64,000 bases of DNA from the NCBI GenBank assembly GCA_037379345.1, contig CM074512.1, positions 59,169,597-59,233,596 of the forward strand, given 5' to 3'. A model generated the notes under the pieces. The model made no database searches and was not told where the DNA came from. It saw only the letters and a list, made by a program, of their open reading frames with translations. A program made the translations under genes and the position numbers. The stretch is from Perna viridis. Lineage: Eukaryota. Positions 13,801 through 24,724 of the stretch are shown in pieces; position 1 is the stretch's first letter; every line of letters starts with the position of its first letter.

Positions 13801-15693
13801 TTGTAAAAGACAAGTAAATAAGTAATTCAAGTAAAACTGTTCTCGATGTGTGTTATATTTTCCCTTTAATGAAAGACCATTTCGGATGGACAAATACAGC
13901 CCTCCATTGCTTTGGTCTTTTCTTCTAATTCTTCAATTAACTGTTAGAAAAAAATTAAATTTAAGTTGTAGATGACACACAATTTGTTAATACATTTCAA
14001 CAAACCTCTGCATTTCCTGTCTGTGTAATAAAAGCCTCGCTTGCATCTACAGGTCATGTGACCTAACTCAGTATCACACAAAGCATACGTCTCACATTGA
14101 GACTTGTCCACCAGACAGGAAGTCTGTAGTAATTGTACCCTGGTCACAAGTGACATACTGCTGCTGTTAAGGGAAATAGCTGATAGCTCAGGGTTTACCG
14201 AATATGAGCGGATCTTCCCTAAAAAATTGTAAAAAGAAATGTTTAATTTACCAATGCTACCTATTTATTCATTTACATAAACAACTACATATTTATTTTA
14301 CTATAATACTGTGATTTATTTACATTACTTATTTCAATCAAAGCCTAGGTATACATGTTTATTTTGATAATCTCTGTAACAAGGAAAAAAAAAACCACAC
14401 ACAATATACCAGTAAATATACAACATTTTTCTATTGACACTTTGAATATAATGGTATGGGTTTCAGTCTCCAAAATCTGTTTCATGTCTTTATAATCTAT
14501 TTCCATGCTATGAAATAATACCTATGGATCTATAATTTATAAAATGAAGAACCTAGGTGAGCATGCTCATATACCCCAGGTGCCCACATATTGGACACAA
14601 ATCTAATGTATTACAGGGCTCTTGAATTTTAGGACTGAGTTGCTAATACAGGAAGTCTGAACCCTGCCTTCGTAGCCCTTATTATCGGGTAATTTTTTTT
14701 TTTTTTGGCAAAATGTTATTTGCAGACAAAATTGCATATTTGCATGGATGAATGGATTTCATTTATGACAATTCATTTACACTTGAAAAATTAGGGAAGT
14801 CAAGATTTATGAAAGGATTTCTACCTTTAACTTTGACATAATAAACTGCTGAATACAGTCTATGTCCCATTACTCCTACAAAATTTGTCAAATCATAATG
14901 GCAGTATTAGCATGCACACCTTAAGATACATCGTACCAAATATGGAAGGAATTTGTCAAGGGGTTTCAAGGGAGTTACGCTCACAAGGTAGTGATGATGG
15001 AGAGAAGAAAAGACAGAATGACAAACATACGGACTAGTCAAAAACATATACCCTCAGCAACTTCACTGTGTGGGAATAAAAATGACAAACTTTATCAAGG
15101 GATGTCGGTGAATACTTGGACACTGAGTAGCATATGTAGTCTGATTATCAAAAAAAACCAATTTGTCACTTAAATATTTGGTCATTTTAACACCTGTATT
15201 TGTACTATTAGCATAGGGAATTCATAGTTATGTAACAAACAAAATATCATTTATAATGAATTGAAAAACATATGCTTCCACCTTCATTTACAGTTATGTG
15301 AATTGGCTTTCACTTGTTTAATCAATCTATGATCAAATAGGCAGTGATCTTAGTTGTTCTTCAATAATTTACTGCTGTTTGCTCATCGGGTTTCTAAATT
15401 GTTTACTACTTAGGCACATTTGGGTTGTTTCACAGATTGACCTTCCCAATTCTTAGCAACTTACTTATTATTGCACCTTCTGGAAAAGCAACATTTAAAA
15501 CATGTTTCTGTCTGTAGTTTGAAAAAGCCAAGACTGATGCTATGGTAACCAGAAATGCAATTCCGATGCACCATGTTAGCTTCAGTTTGTCTTTCTGACC
15601 AATGGATGACATTCTCTGGTTAGGACAACTACACAATTCACATTTTGGTTTTGTACTTGAATTCAGATGTTGTCTGTATCTGTTCTGTAAAAC
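4551..15693 (-). CDS. Spliced gene (13 core coding exons, 1571 aa): uncharacterised multi-pass membrane protein with EGF-like and TNFR-type Cys-rich domains, a large ectodomain and a C-terminal 5-TM module
   Basis: join(15693-15465, 14218-14006, 13692-13492, 13224-12939, 12519-12330, 11651-11453, 11057-10965, 9752-9141, 8892-8770, 8487-7347, 6757-5806, 5395-5257, 4888-4551). All 12 introns are GT-AG with pyrimidine tracts, every junction is phase-compatible, and the frame stays open to TAA at 4553-4551. First in-frame Met is at 15612. Confidence 0.88.
5257..5395 (-). CDS. Coding exon: Cys-containing part of the last extracellular loop
   Basis: ttgttttgcag|AAT ... AGA G|gtaata, 139 nt, phase 0->1. 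Encodes NEVLQKILVGVCTLASDDSACSLF...SCNFLPVSTSPFR. Confidence 0.87.
5806..6757 (-). CDS. Large coding exon: two TM helices and a Tyr-rich intervening loop
   Basis: poly-T cag|G CTT ... GCA CAG|gtaata, 952 nt, phase 2->0. Matches ORF 5794-6744. TMs are ILLPVFICFFISMDVLML and LWRFVLVGAFILVICLV. Confidence 0.92.
7347..8487 (-). CDS. Large coding exon: end of ectodomain, two TM helices and a long helical loop
   Basis: tttatttcag|GA ... AAC AG|gtatgt, 1141 nt, phase 1->2. Matches ORF 7313-8509. TMs are WIPIIVTFIFTCVIFAAFIVALLVIY and VFCTLCTLYVVYAIFFTFSMMLAVFYIV. Confidence 0.92.
8770..8892 (-). CDS. Coding exon (not in the ORF track)
   Basis: aaatttcag|CC ... CAG G|gtatat, 123 nt, phase 1->1. Encodes SNSSILKYFQDDIHKTSVLGRSLSGTVTWNYKSEKWTIQLQG. 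Confidence 0.85.
9141..9752 (-). CDS. Coding exon: ectodomain, probably beta-rich
   Basis: gatatttcag|GT ... GTC T|gtaagt, 612 nt, phase 1->1. Matches ORF 9133-9774. Confidence 0.9.
10349..10823 (+). mobile_element. Helentron-associated non-autonomous element (HINE/pearl-like)
   Basis: Two ~164-bp degenerate core repeats (ttctacatttttt at 10483 and 10647), a (GACA)n microsatellite, then a ccccc...ggggg hairpin ending in gggggtataaaa. Confidence 0.65.
10965..11057 (-). CDS. Coding exon, Cys-rich
   Basis: gatccag|GT ... ACA G|gtaagt, 93 nt, phase 1->1. Encodes GQCCDINCYTEKSCQVAFSDACPIKQVECAT. Confidence 0.87.
11453..11651 (-). CDS. Coding exon, Cys-rich
   Basis: ttctttttcag|CAA ... GAA G|gttggt, 199 nt, phase 0->1. 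Encodes QQSLNRFAGSTKNNFIICPHS...HCRTNVEACQRCLKYPKCKNYE. Confidence 0.87.
11983..12043 (+). mobile_element. ~61-bp retroposon 3' end (stem-loop plus (CAAT)n tail) with a 12-bp TSD
   Basis: tcgcctgaatatagctgaaatattgctgcttgggcattaaccccaacaatcaatcaat, flanked by tcatttaaatag at 11971-11982 and 12044-12055. Confidence 0.85.
12330..12519 (-). CDS. Coding exon (not in the ORF track)
   Basis: ctttctttcag|G ... TCC AAA|gtgagt, 190 nt, phase 2->0. Encodes NQIPDKYKITLFIIRNHSSAAAEVKCNSNDPSIPQCPSWFKDGEIFLHRSIEQECPHTNDRSK. Confidence 0.87.
12939..13224 (-). CDS. Coding exon, ectodomain
   Basis: tttcttttcag|AT ... TGC AG|gtaagt, 286 nt, phase 1->2. Matches ORF 12935-13246. Confidence 0.88.
13492..13692 (-). 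CDS. Coding exon with a TNFR/NGFR-type cysteine-rich module
   Basis: ttttttgtag|CT ... TCT G|gtaata, 201 nt, phase 1->1. Encodes ACSTSCKEGYYMSRACTAYSDVICRPCSTCSGSSYEVAACSSTQDTIC, with two CxxxxDxxC motifs typical of TNFR CRDs. Confidence 0.9.
14006..14218 (-). CDS. Coding exon with an EGF-like domain
   Basis: aattttttag|GG ... AGA G|gtttgt, 213 nt, phase 1->1. Encodes CLVDKSQCETYALCDTELGHMTCRCKRGFYYTDRKC (six Cys, CxCxxGF). Confidence 0.9.
14550..15082 (+). mobile_element. HINE/pearl-like non-autonomous element
   Basis: 5' gagcatgctcatatacccc, an internal core (catgcacacct...accaaatatggaagg), a gaca/acgg microsatellite, and 3' aacatataccctc...tgtgggaataaaaa. Confidence 0.55.
15465..15693 (-). 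CDS. Coding exon with N-terminal signal peptide or signal anchor
   Basis: ttttatatttcag|GTT ... ATA A|gtaagt, 229 nt, phase 0->1. Encodes VLQNRYRQ...MSSIGQKDKLKLTWCIGIAFLVTIASVLAFSNY. Confidence 0.87.
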
Positions 15694-18245
15694 CTGAAAT
15701 ATAAAAACCACAGTTAATGAGTTGTGAAATGTATAAAAGAAACATTTCTATCATCAATGGTCTCTGGATCCCTAATAAAATATCATGTATCTTGTTCAAT
15801 TTATACCCACAGTAAGCCACAGTGTATTGTCAGATGATTTCTCCATTAAACCCATGGATATAAAGGTTAGTTACAATTTTTGTTGCAGTAACATTGTTTG
15901 GTTTTCTTTTTAAAGCCAACACTATTTTCAACTCCTTTATCTAGTTATATTTTGTGACAAAATAAAATGCATGAATACTCAAAAATAATCATTCAATGGA
16001 TTAGATTATACCAGTGCAAATTAGATAAAAGTTTTATTATTCTTTAACATGAATAATTTTTCTCAAACCTTAGAAATGAAAGTCTTATGCCTCAAATTCC
16101 TCTAAGCTTAAGCAAATACATAAAAAATGAAATCTTATATTTATTATTTATATGGCATCCATTCCATGTTTATCAAAACCTTACAAATTTTACTGCCTTT
16201 CCAGTATAAAACTTTAATGTTCGCCCTATATATATTTAATATATTTACCTAAAATTCTTCGGCTTAGATTTTATATATTTGTACTAGTAAGAATTATGTT
16301 ATGACCATTTTATAATATCACAGAAAGGAATGAAATATAAAGAATTTTAGAAATAAATGTATTCATTTTCAGGTCAAGTGATTAATTTGATTAATTTGAT
16401 TAATCAAATCATCAATGAAGCAGTTTATTTCCGGTTCTCAAATTGTGGGTAAGGTGATCATGCTAACAAAAACTATATACCCAATCACTTGGACTTAATT
16501 CAAGTAAACCCATAGTCTGAACTTCATCCCTTGCACCACTGAAATATTAATATGATAATTAATTGGAAAGAATGAATAACAAAATTATGACCACAAATGC
16601 GTGTGTGAAACTTGTTCCACATGTGAGTTAAATCTCAAAGGTTCTTGGCATGAGTGGTAATATTTTGGTTAATATTTACAACTGATTATCCTGTTTCTTA
16701 TATAGATTTTTCCATAATTTATTTTCGATATAAATTTGAAATGTTGCAAACGGCGGATTGATATTCAGGCTGTGATGTTTTGGCAGGAGAAACCATTCTA
16801 TTGCATTTTTAGAAGGAGCTGTAACTACAAGATACAATCAGAGGCTAAGAAGGGATTGCCCTTATAAAATATATGGACAGATGGTGATTCCTATATACAC
16901 CTCTACTGCAGTTTGTTTGGTATATGTAATACCTCACACAGATGACATAGTAGTACATGTTAAAATAACACACATGGGAACTAGAAAATTTATCATTTGA
17001 ACAAATTAATGAATAAAAAAATCAATCCTCAAAATGGAAGGCTCTTCAAAAGTCAATGATACATCTGCCCTCTGATAGCATTTATAGAACAATAAATCAA
17101 TACTCACAAAAATGATAGAATTACAAGTATTTAAATCATTAGATCATTGAAGTTGTCATTTAACCTGAGAAAAACAAATGAATACAATGGGTAAAGATAT
17201 GTATTACAATGATACCCTTCTCTACTCTTGCATTGTATAAATTTTCTAATCAACCTGAAAGAAACCTAACATCTTGGTGGTTAAACTAACAAAACAAAAA
17301 CAGAAAACTTCCTGGATATGACATTTTCCATTAAGAAAAACGATTTTGATGTAATCTCAACATGACATCATAAAATAGCATTTCCCTTCCCCCAAATATG
17401 TGATTGCATGTGTAATTTGTAGCCTATTCTACATTTCTATTTTAAAAAAAATCTTAATAGGTTTTTATCATTTTTAAGTAAATTTCTAGTGGTTTCTTTT
17501 TTCTTCATTTTTTTAAGACAGAATAACATGATGAATATTATCTTGTATACCCTTCATGTGTGATTGTTCATCTATTTCTATCTTTGAACATGAACTTATT
17601 CTCGTTCTCCTTTCCAGACAATGGTAGATAAGGCAGCCACACAGAGGAGAACATTTTTAGGAGACTAGAATACATTTTCCTTTAGGAGATTGATGGATGA
17701 ATATTTTCACTCATGTCTCTCCACATAATGGAGCATGACTCCTAATCCATTAGGCACTAGAACAGCATACACCAGACAAGAAAATTAGGGATGCGTCAAA
17801 CATCATTTTATTTTTAGTTCAGTAATTTCAAAACAAATGTCTTTAACACCAGTTACAAACAGACCAATGTAAAAAACAAATGTCACGTTAATGTTTTGTC
17901 AAACAAATTCCATAAAATCCCAGTTACAAAACATTAACAGAAATCTAATGTAAAATTGAATACTGACACTGCAATTTATATTCATAACTTTTACAACTTG
18001 TCAGAAAATTAAAGCTTTTAAATTGTAAAGGGTTTACTGTATGTGTAAACAAGAATAGCCTTGGGGTATCTCTTAATGGCATCCATAATATCAACCTGTT
18101 ACATTTTTTGTAGCTTCTGTAATACCCACGCTTAAAAAACTGCAATCTATCTAGTATGAATAAATATCTTGTAAAGCAGAGATTAATTTCAGGTGGTATC
18201 CTTCATCAGGTATTACAACTGATACTCAAGTGTATCATATTTTAC

Positions 18246-18435
18246 TGTAACGGGAAAGCATGATTTGACTCACAAAATTATACTCTGCCACCGAGGATCG
18301 AACCCTAGACCGCTTAGTGACAAGCCAGCAACAAACCGATTTGGCTAAAGAATTAATCCTTTAGCCAAGTCAATTAACTGGCCGTTCAAATCTCACTACC
18401 TACTATAATGCAGGTAGGCCATCCTGCCACATTAC
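18246..18435 (-). mobile_element. Short tRNA-related interspersed element with Pol III A/B-box-like motifs, an internal hairpin and imperfect inverted termini
   Basis: Minus strand reads tagccaaatcgg (A-box-like) ... cttgtcac ... ggttcgatcc (B box). Perfect 10-bp stem ttggctaaag/ctttagccaa. Ends are tgtaacgggaaagcatg / catcctgccacattac. Confidence 0.6.
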
Positions 18436-18907
18436 TTTATCTTGTAATATTGCCTAAAAAATTAACTTAATGCAAAGTAGGTATTTTTCCATTAGTGGAT
18501 GGCAATACCAATGCGAAATTTCTAAAAGTTAAAAATGACCCAGTCAGACCGACCTTTTACAATTATCAACATTTCTGTTCAATAACAAGAATTAGTAATA
18601 ATGACTATAAACAATGACATTGATGGAGCATTTATTTTCCAAAATGACACCTTATTACAGCTATTTATATGGTCTTTGATCAAGTAAATGTTAGTATCTA
18701 GTTCTATGCAGATAAACAATCCAGCAAAAACCTATCTGTTCAGCAGTTTTGATTTGTTTTCTTTGGTGGCATATCCAATTTGATTTGAAATAACATAGCA
18801 GAATATTATATAAACTGATGTAAAACTTGATATCCCTAACATATCAAACCTAACAATCCTTATCAACGTAGAACTACTTCTTACAGTTTGAATGTCTTTG
18901 TTTCATC

Positions 18908-19117
18908 AGAAATGTTCCTATCAGCCGGAATATGTTCAAAGAACTCAGAAATGTTCCTGATGGTTGGAATATATTCAAGGAACTCAGAAGTGTTCCTATC
19001 AGCCAGAATATGTTCAAGGAACTCAAAAGTGTTCCTATCAGCCAGAACAGGTTCAAGGAATTCAAAAGTGTTCCTATTAGCGAGAATATGTTCCAGGAAC
19101 TCAGAAATGTTCTTATC
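18908..19117. repeat. 39-bp minisatellite, about 5.4 copies
   Basis: Unit agaaatgttcctatcagccagaatatgttcaaggaactc. The 13-codon period accounts for the four overlapping ORFs at 18874-19153. Confidence 0.92.
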
Positions 19118-22100
19118 AACCATAATATAATGAAGGAACAATCATGTATCTAACATGTGTACAGGGAAATCTAATAAAAATTGCACAGCCCATGCAGAGG
19201 GACTACAATGTATTAAAGATAGAGTAGTTAGTACTCATTCAACTGGTACAGAAATCTGATAATTGGTAAAATATGAGACCACTAACCCAGTAATTGGTCA
19301 AATTAATCTTAACTCAAGTTGGAAGCCTACACTGTAACATAAAATAAAAAACAAGAATAATTTAACCTTAAATCAATGTCTAACAAAAAGACAAATAGAA
19401 TTGCTTTTTATTTAATTGGCAAAAATTACAGTAGACAGGAAATTGCTTTGTCAACTTGAGATAATCTTATATTTCCTTGTCCAACAATTGTCAACTTTGG
19501 TCTCAAACACTCTTTAAAATAAGAAATCAATAGAATGTTATTATTATAATTGTCAATGGAAGAGAAATGTATTAGACATTTTTGAAGCATTTCTAAAAAG
19601 CTGAGACCGATCTAATCAAGATGAACAAAGTGATGGATAGACTAATCTTCATTATCAAATACTTTATTTTTACAAGTATTCCGGCAAAAGAGAAATGTAT
19701 GACTAAGTATTACAAACAAATACTCATATTCTTTAAAAAAATGTCTGCAAAGCATAATAATTATAACATCAAAATCTCACATTTTTCATCATGAGTATGA
19801 GAGTTTCAGAGGTGGAAAATAATTCAATTCAAGAGGTTATTATAAAAACTACAATATGACTTGTTTAAATGAAGTTTATCCTAGTATTACATGTAAAAAT
19901 GTTTTGTAAAACTGTCCTATTATTGGTAGTCATATAAAGTTACCCTAGAGGGGAAGATTCGGTTTTGTATTTGTCTCATCCAATAAATCCAAATAGAAAA
20001 ATCTTTCCCGGACACCAACATGATCTTTCTTTAAGCCAAAAACCAATAAAAGTAAGATTTTCTATGACATTTATTCACTTAATGTAATTTACTATTACTT
20101 GTTACTTGATAATGTATCAAGTATATTTTACCCAATATGTATTAAGTCTATTCACCCTTAGAGATTAAAATCCCAAATACTGCAAGTTTGGTACAATATA
20201 CTAAACAATTGCATAAATATATTTAGATCACACTTAAAATAGATAAAAAAAAGTTTATAAGAGATATCGACATAAATAAGATTTTCAGTATGTTTTTTCA
20301 TAAGTTTATAAAAAATATTTACATAAATAAGATTTTCAGCATGTTTTTTATATATTCTATCTTAGAAATTCACCCTAACACTTAATTTATTCTGCACAAC
20401 AATATCAGTAATTACTTCAATACCCAATTCATTACCCAAATCATAAAAACTGAATAATCCAGTCTTGATTCACCATCCCAATACATGGTGAATGGCCATG
20501 TCCTCATAAAACTTACCAATTAGCCCTTTACCACATAGTTAATGTAAATGGCCAATAGATTTTATGTTCCCTAGTCTTTATGGCAAGCTCTCATATTATC
20601 CTCAGTACTCTTGGTTCCTTGATATAGGCAATAGAATCACATCATGTTCAATATTCCCACTATAAACTTCAGCCAGACTGGTGGTAATTTACCCAACTCA
20701 TTTCATCAAAAAACCAACGTATAGAGAGTGATTCAATGTAAGTTAATTCAAAATGTGAAAAACAAGGTTGATAAAGTCAACAAGTCTGCTTCAAAGTAAA
20801 CAGTTTATATTATCATGGATCCTCAGCTATAATCTTAAAATTAAAGAAAAAATTATAAGGCACTTTTTAAGAAAAAAAAAGTATCACTTCAAAGTACACT
20901 TAGAGCAAAAGCAGGATACACCTATAATTTATTACAGAAAAGAATCTTAAATATAAAAAAATGAGTTTGGCTATCAAGATATGAAGAGGTAATCAAACAA
21001 TTATCAGAGCACAGTTTAACCCAAGAAGACAAGGCTTGTATTGTAAATATTTCAAAATTTTCATTTACTTAAAAGCTGAGAAGTTCTATATCTATAACAG
21101 CTGAAAAACTATATGATAAATGTATTATTAAAGGGAAACCACTTGTATAAGAATGCTAAATTCCATGTAATATTAATCATAATGTCTGATAAGTACATGC
21201 ACTGGAGCTGGCATATGCAGATGGAAAGAGTTCTGAGATTGGGGACAGGCATTTCAAAATAAAAGGTGGGTTAAACCAGGTTTTAGAGCAGGCTAAACAT
21301 GGTTCATTATTTCTAGTATATTTGAACACAAATGTGCAGCATAAATTTGCCACCAGTCAAAATCAGTAAAATCAGTTATCAAAACAGTACAGAAGATATA
21401 AACAGTCAATAAATGAAAACAAACATGTTAAAACTATCATGTGAGAGAAAAGCACCATTATAGAAATATCCTTATAGTGACATGAATCGCCACTCATATA
21501 AATCTCTGTTGTAATTTTAGAATGTTAACATTTCTGAATATTTATCTTTGAATTAAAACATGCTGCAACACAATGTAGTGACCATGGGAAAGGTTTCAGT
21601 TGGAACTGCTATCATGGTTACAAAGTTCTTAAAGGCATTGCCAGGCAGAGGGTACTATACAGTTTAAGCTTATAGAGTATTGTCCTTGTAATTTATTTAT
21701 AGTTGCTGTGTTAAAGTACACAGACAATTCAATTAAGTTAATGAACTAATCTGTAAAAATAGAAAGTACAAAAACTGGGTGGCCTATAATCTGTAAATGA
21801 CTTCCACACCTTAACATAATTCTTTTTATAAACTAAATAAAAGACAGATTAGTATCAGTTTTGTAATAATACCAATGGCACTTGTTGATGTGTTCCATAA
21901 TTACCTCCCTTGATTAGATATCCATCTGTGACAATCCTTTTTTATCTCCAGAGATATAATTAAATGCAGTAATTAAACCTCATGATTTTAGGTAATTCTG
22001 TCTGGAATTACTATTATTTCCAAAAATTAGTGCCAAATGTTTTGTTTATCAATGAGAAATGGTGAAATACTTTCAATCCAATTTCATGAAACAAGGGATG

Positions 22101-22426
22101 TTATTATGCAATATCAATGAGCAAATTTTAAAGTTAAGTCTGTTTCTCACATTAAAATTATGGACTTTGTACTAAGTAATCATTTATCAGTTATTATTTT
22201 ATTTCATACTGATTAAAACATAAAAAAAAAAACAAAAAAAAACAGCAACAGATGATTTCTAAACATGCCACACCTATACCAAGAATCAAAAACCTTACTT
22301 AAAAGTACCTCATATCTTTTTTTACAGGGTCTTAAAAATTCAGGGTTCTATGATGTTGTGATATAAGAACAAAGTATTATTTGAATTTAGAATTTTTTTT
22401 GAAAAGTAGAAATCAAGCACAAATTA

Positions 22427-23771
22427 AAACAGGAGGCTCTCAAAGAGCCTGAATTGCTCACCTTGCAAACCATGCCCGATTAACTAGGTAAGTAAAGGTA
22501 TCATGCTTTGTTACCATGTATGACAAAAAATAGTCGAAAAAGAGCATATCTTGATGACTGCCATAAGTTAAGAAGAGTACCTAAGGCACTGTAAAATGTT
22601 GGAAATGCTTCAAATTGTGTTTTAAAAAAATTGAGCAGGGGTCCCCCTATGCCCTGTTATTCCACAGAGTCTGAAGGGGCATTAGCCCAGTATATATTTG
22701 ATGAACAAGAACACAAAATGAAGTTAAACCACGGCTATCCAACATTTTCATCATCACCGTTCATATCAGGGGACTATTTTACTATATAAACCAATTATCT
22801 TTGAAATCAAAGCAAGTATAAAAGTATGCCAGAAGTGGACACCTAGAACGACCTTTCATCATCACCATTCAACTTAAAACACCTAGTTTCCTAAAGAAAC
22901 AAAATATCATTCAAATCTGAGCAACTGGTGAAAATGATTTCAAAGTGACAGCCATTTCGATTATGGCTGTCAGAATATCATGTTCATGTTGTAAGTAGCT
23001 TTTATTTTTATTATTTTTCTATAGTTAAAGATAAAAATGCAAAAAAAAGCATTCTGACCCCTATATTCTATTTTTAGTAACAATGGCTATGTTTTTTGAC
23101 CCATGAAAAATTTTAAATAAATATGTAAATACAGTAAAAAAGGCAAAAAATCATTTTGAAAATTTTCGCGAAGGTCTGTCTTCTGATGGTGAACAATATT
23201 ACTCTCCATCAGAATTTTGCCAAATTCAACAGTTTTTGAGTTATTTGCAAAAAAAAAAACTGTATTTCGAACCCTATGTTCAATTTTTAGTAATAGCAGC
23301 CATATTTTTTCACCAATCAAAAATCCAAACATTCATTTTGTGCAGTACACCCTAAAAAATAGTAATATCAACTTTCATTAAATTCTCTACAGTAGATTCT
23401 GTGGAGAAGATTTTTGAAAGTAATAACAGCAAAACAGCAAAAAACATCCAAAAAGGGAAATAACTCCAATATGGGTCAACAGATTTTCAAAAAAATTTTG
23501 CAACAGAAAGACCTCATCATGCTGAACACTCACACCACCCCCACCTCAGAATTTGGTAAAACCTAACAGTTTTTGAGATATATGCAAAAATCTGCTGTCT
23601 GACCTCCATGTTCTATTTTTAGTAACGGTGGCCTTGTTTTTATAACCAATCAAAAATCCAAATGGCCATTTTGTGCAGGATACTCTAAGGAACAATCATA
23701 TGACGATTCATCCAAATCCATTCAGTAGTTTCAAAGGAGATGTTTAAAGAATCGTTAACGACAGATGACGG
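22427..23771 (+). mobile_element. Larger HINE-like element with internal core repeats
   Basis: 5' aaacaggaggctctcaaagagcctgaattgctcacc (internal hairpin aggctct/agagcct). The motif ccctatgttctatttttagtaac..gccatgttttt recurs near 23055, 23270 and 23600. Ends in an acgacagatgacgg microsatellite. Confidence 0.65.
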
Positions 23772-23957
23772 AATCCTGAGTTGATTCACCATTACATTGT
23801 AGATTCGGTCATGAGTTGGTCAGACTTTTAGAGTTAACTAATGTATCATGTAATATGTACTGTCTTAGATCTGTCAAGTAGGATATCGCTTTAATACCTA
23901 ATTTATATTACCAAGAAAATCTTTCAGACTCTTTAAATAGTTCTTATGTTAACTTAC

Positions 23958-24008
23958 CACATCTTCTGAACAAACCACTTCTTTTATCACTGCATCATTC
24001 ACTTGTTT
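23958..24008 (-). CDS. Candidate upstream 51-nt symmetric (0-0) exon of the same gene
   Basis: tttttattttgtag|AAA...GAT GTG|gtaagt. Encodes KQVNDAVIKEVVCSEDV, in frame with the exon at 15693. Confidence 0.55.
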
Positions 24009-24360
24009 CTACAAAATAAAAATTTCAAACAATAATAAAATATTCTTTAGGAAGAAAAACACGGCAACTAGAGGTTCTGACATATAACAGTCTAAAATAA
24101 TCACCTGAAAAATGATTGAGTGGTAGTAGCCAACTGCTAATAAAACTAGGCCACAAATAAAGTGGATAAATTGTAGAACACTGAGGTCTACAACCAAATA
24201 AAGTTTCAAAACATTACAATGGTGGTTTTGTAGTAGCTTATCATTAATTATTGGCCAATCACAAGCTCAGATAGCCTGTGGTCCCCACTATGTTTGATCA
24301 AACAGAATTGAAAGTAGATTTGTTTCTGAATGGTACAAGTTTATGGACAATGGAAAGTTG

Positions 24361-24724
24361 ACACAAAGTGATGGCATAAGCTTACTTGAACCTTTGGTCC
24401 AAGAGAGCTACAGAAAGGCTTTCTGTGAATATACACAAAGTGATGGCATAAGCTTACTCAAATCTTTGGTCCAAGAGAGCCACACAAAGGTTTTCTGTGA
24501 ACATACACAAAGTGATGGCATAAGCTTACTCAAATCTTTGGTCCAGGAGAGCCACAGAAAGGCTTCCTGTGAACATACACAAAGTGATGGCATAAGCTTA
24601 CTCAAATCTTTGGTCCAGGAGAGCCACAGAAAGGCTTTCTGTGAACATACACAAAGTGATGGCATAAGCTTACTCGAATCTTTGGTCCAGGAGAGCTACG
24701 GAAAGGCTTTCTGTGAACATACAC
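24361..24724 (+). repeat. 72-bp tandem repeat, 5 copies, built from a HINE-like 3' end plus a hairpin
   Basis: Units start at 24361, 24433, 24505, 24577 and 24649. Unit acacaaagtgatggcataagcttactcaaatctttggtccaggagagccacagaaaggctttctgtgaacat. Explains ORFs 24343-24891 and 24408-24665. Confidence 0.92.

Noticed and set aside
18171-18216. Minus-strand CTGATGA-agg..cct-GAAA hammerhead-like core
   Set aside because: Stem II forms, but the flanks cannot pair to make stem I.
18283-18352. Functional tRNA-Asp gene
   Set aside because: The anticodon and D stems do not pair properly, so it is treated as a tRNA-derived repeat.
18874-19153. Four overlapping repetitive ORFs (LRR-like appearance)
   Set aside because: Artefact of a 39-bp minisatellite that is stop-free in several frames.
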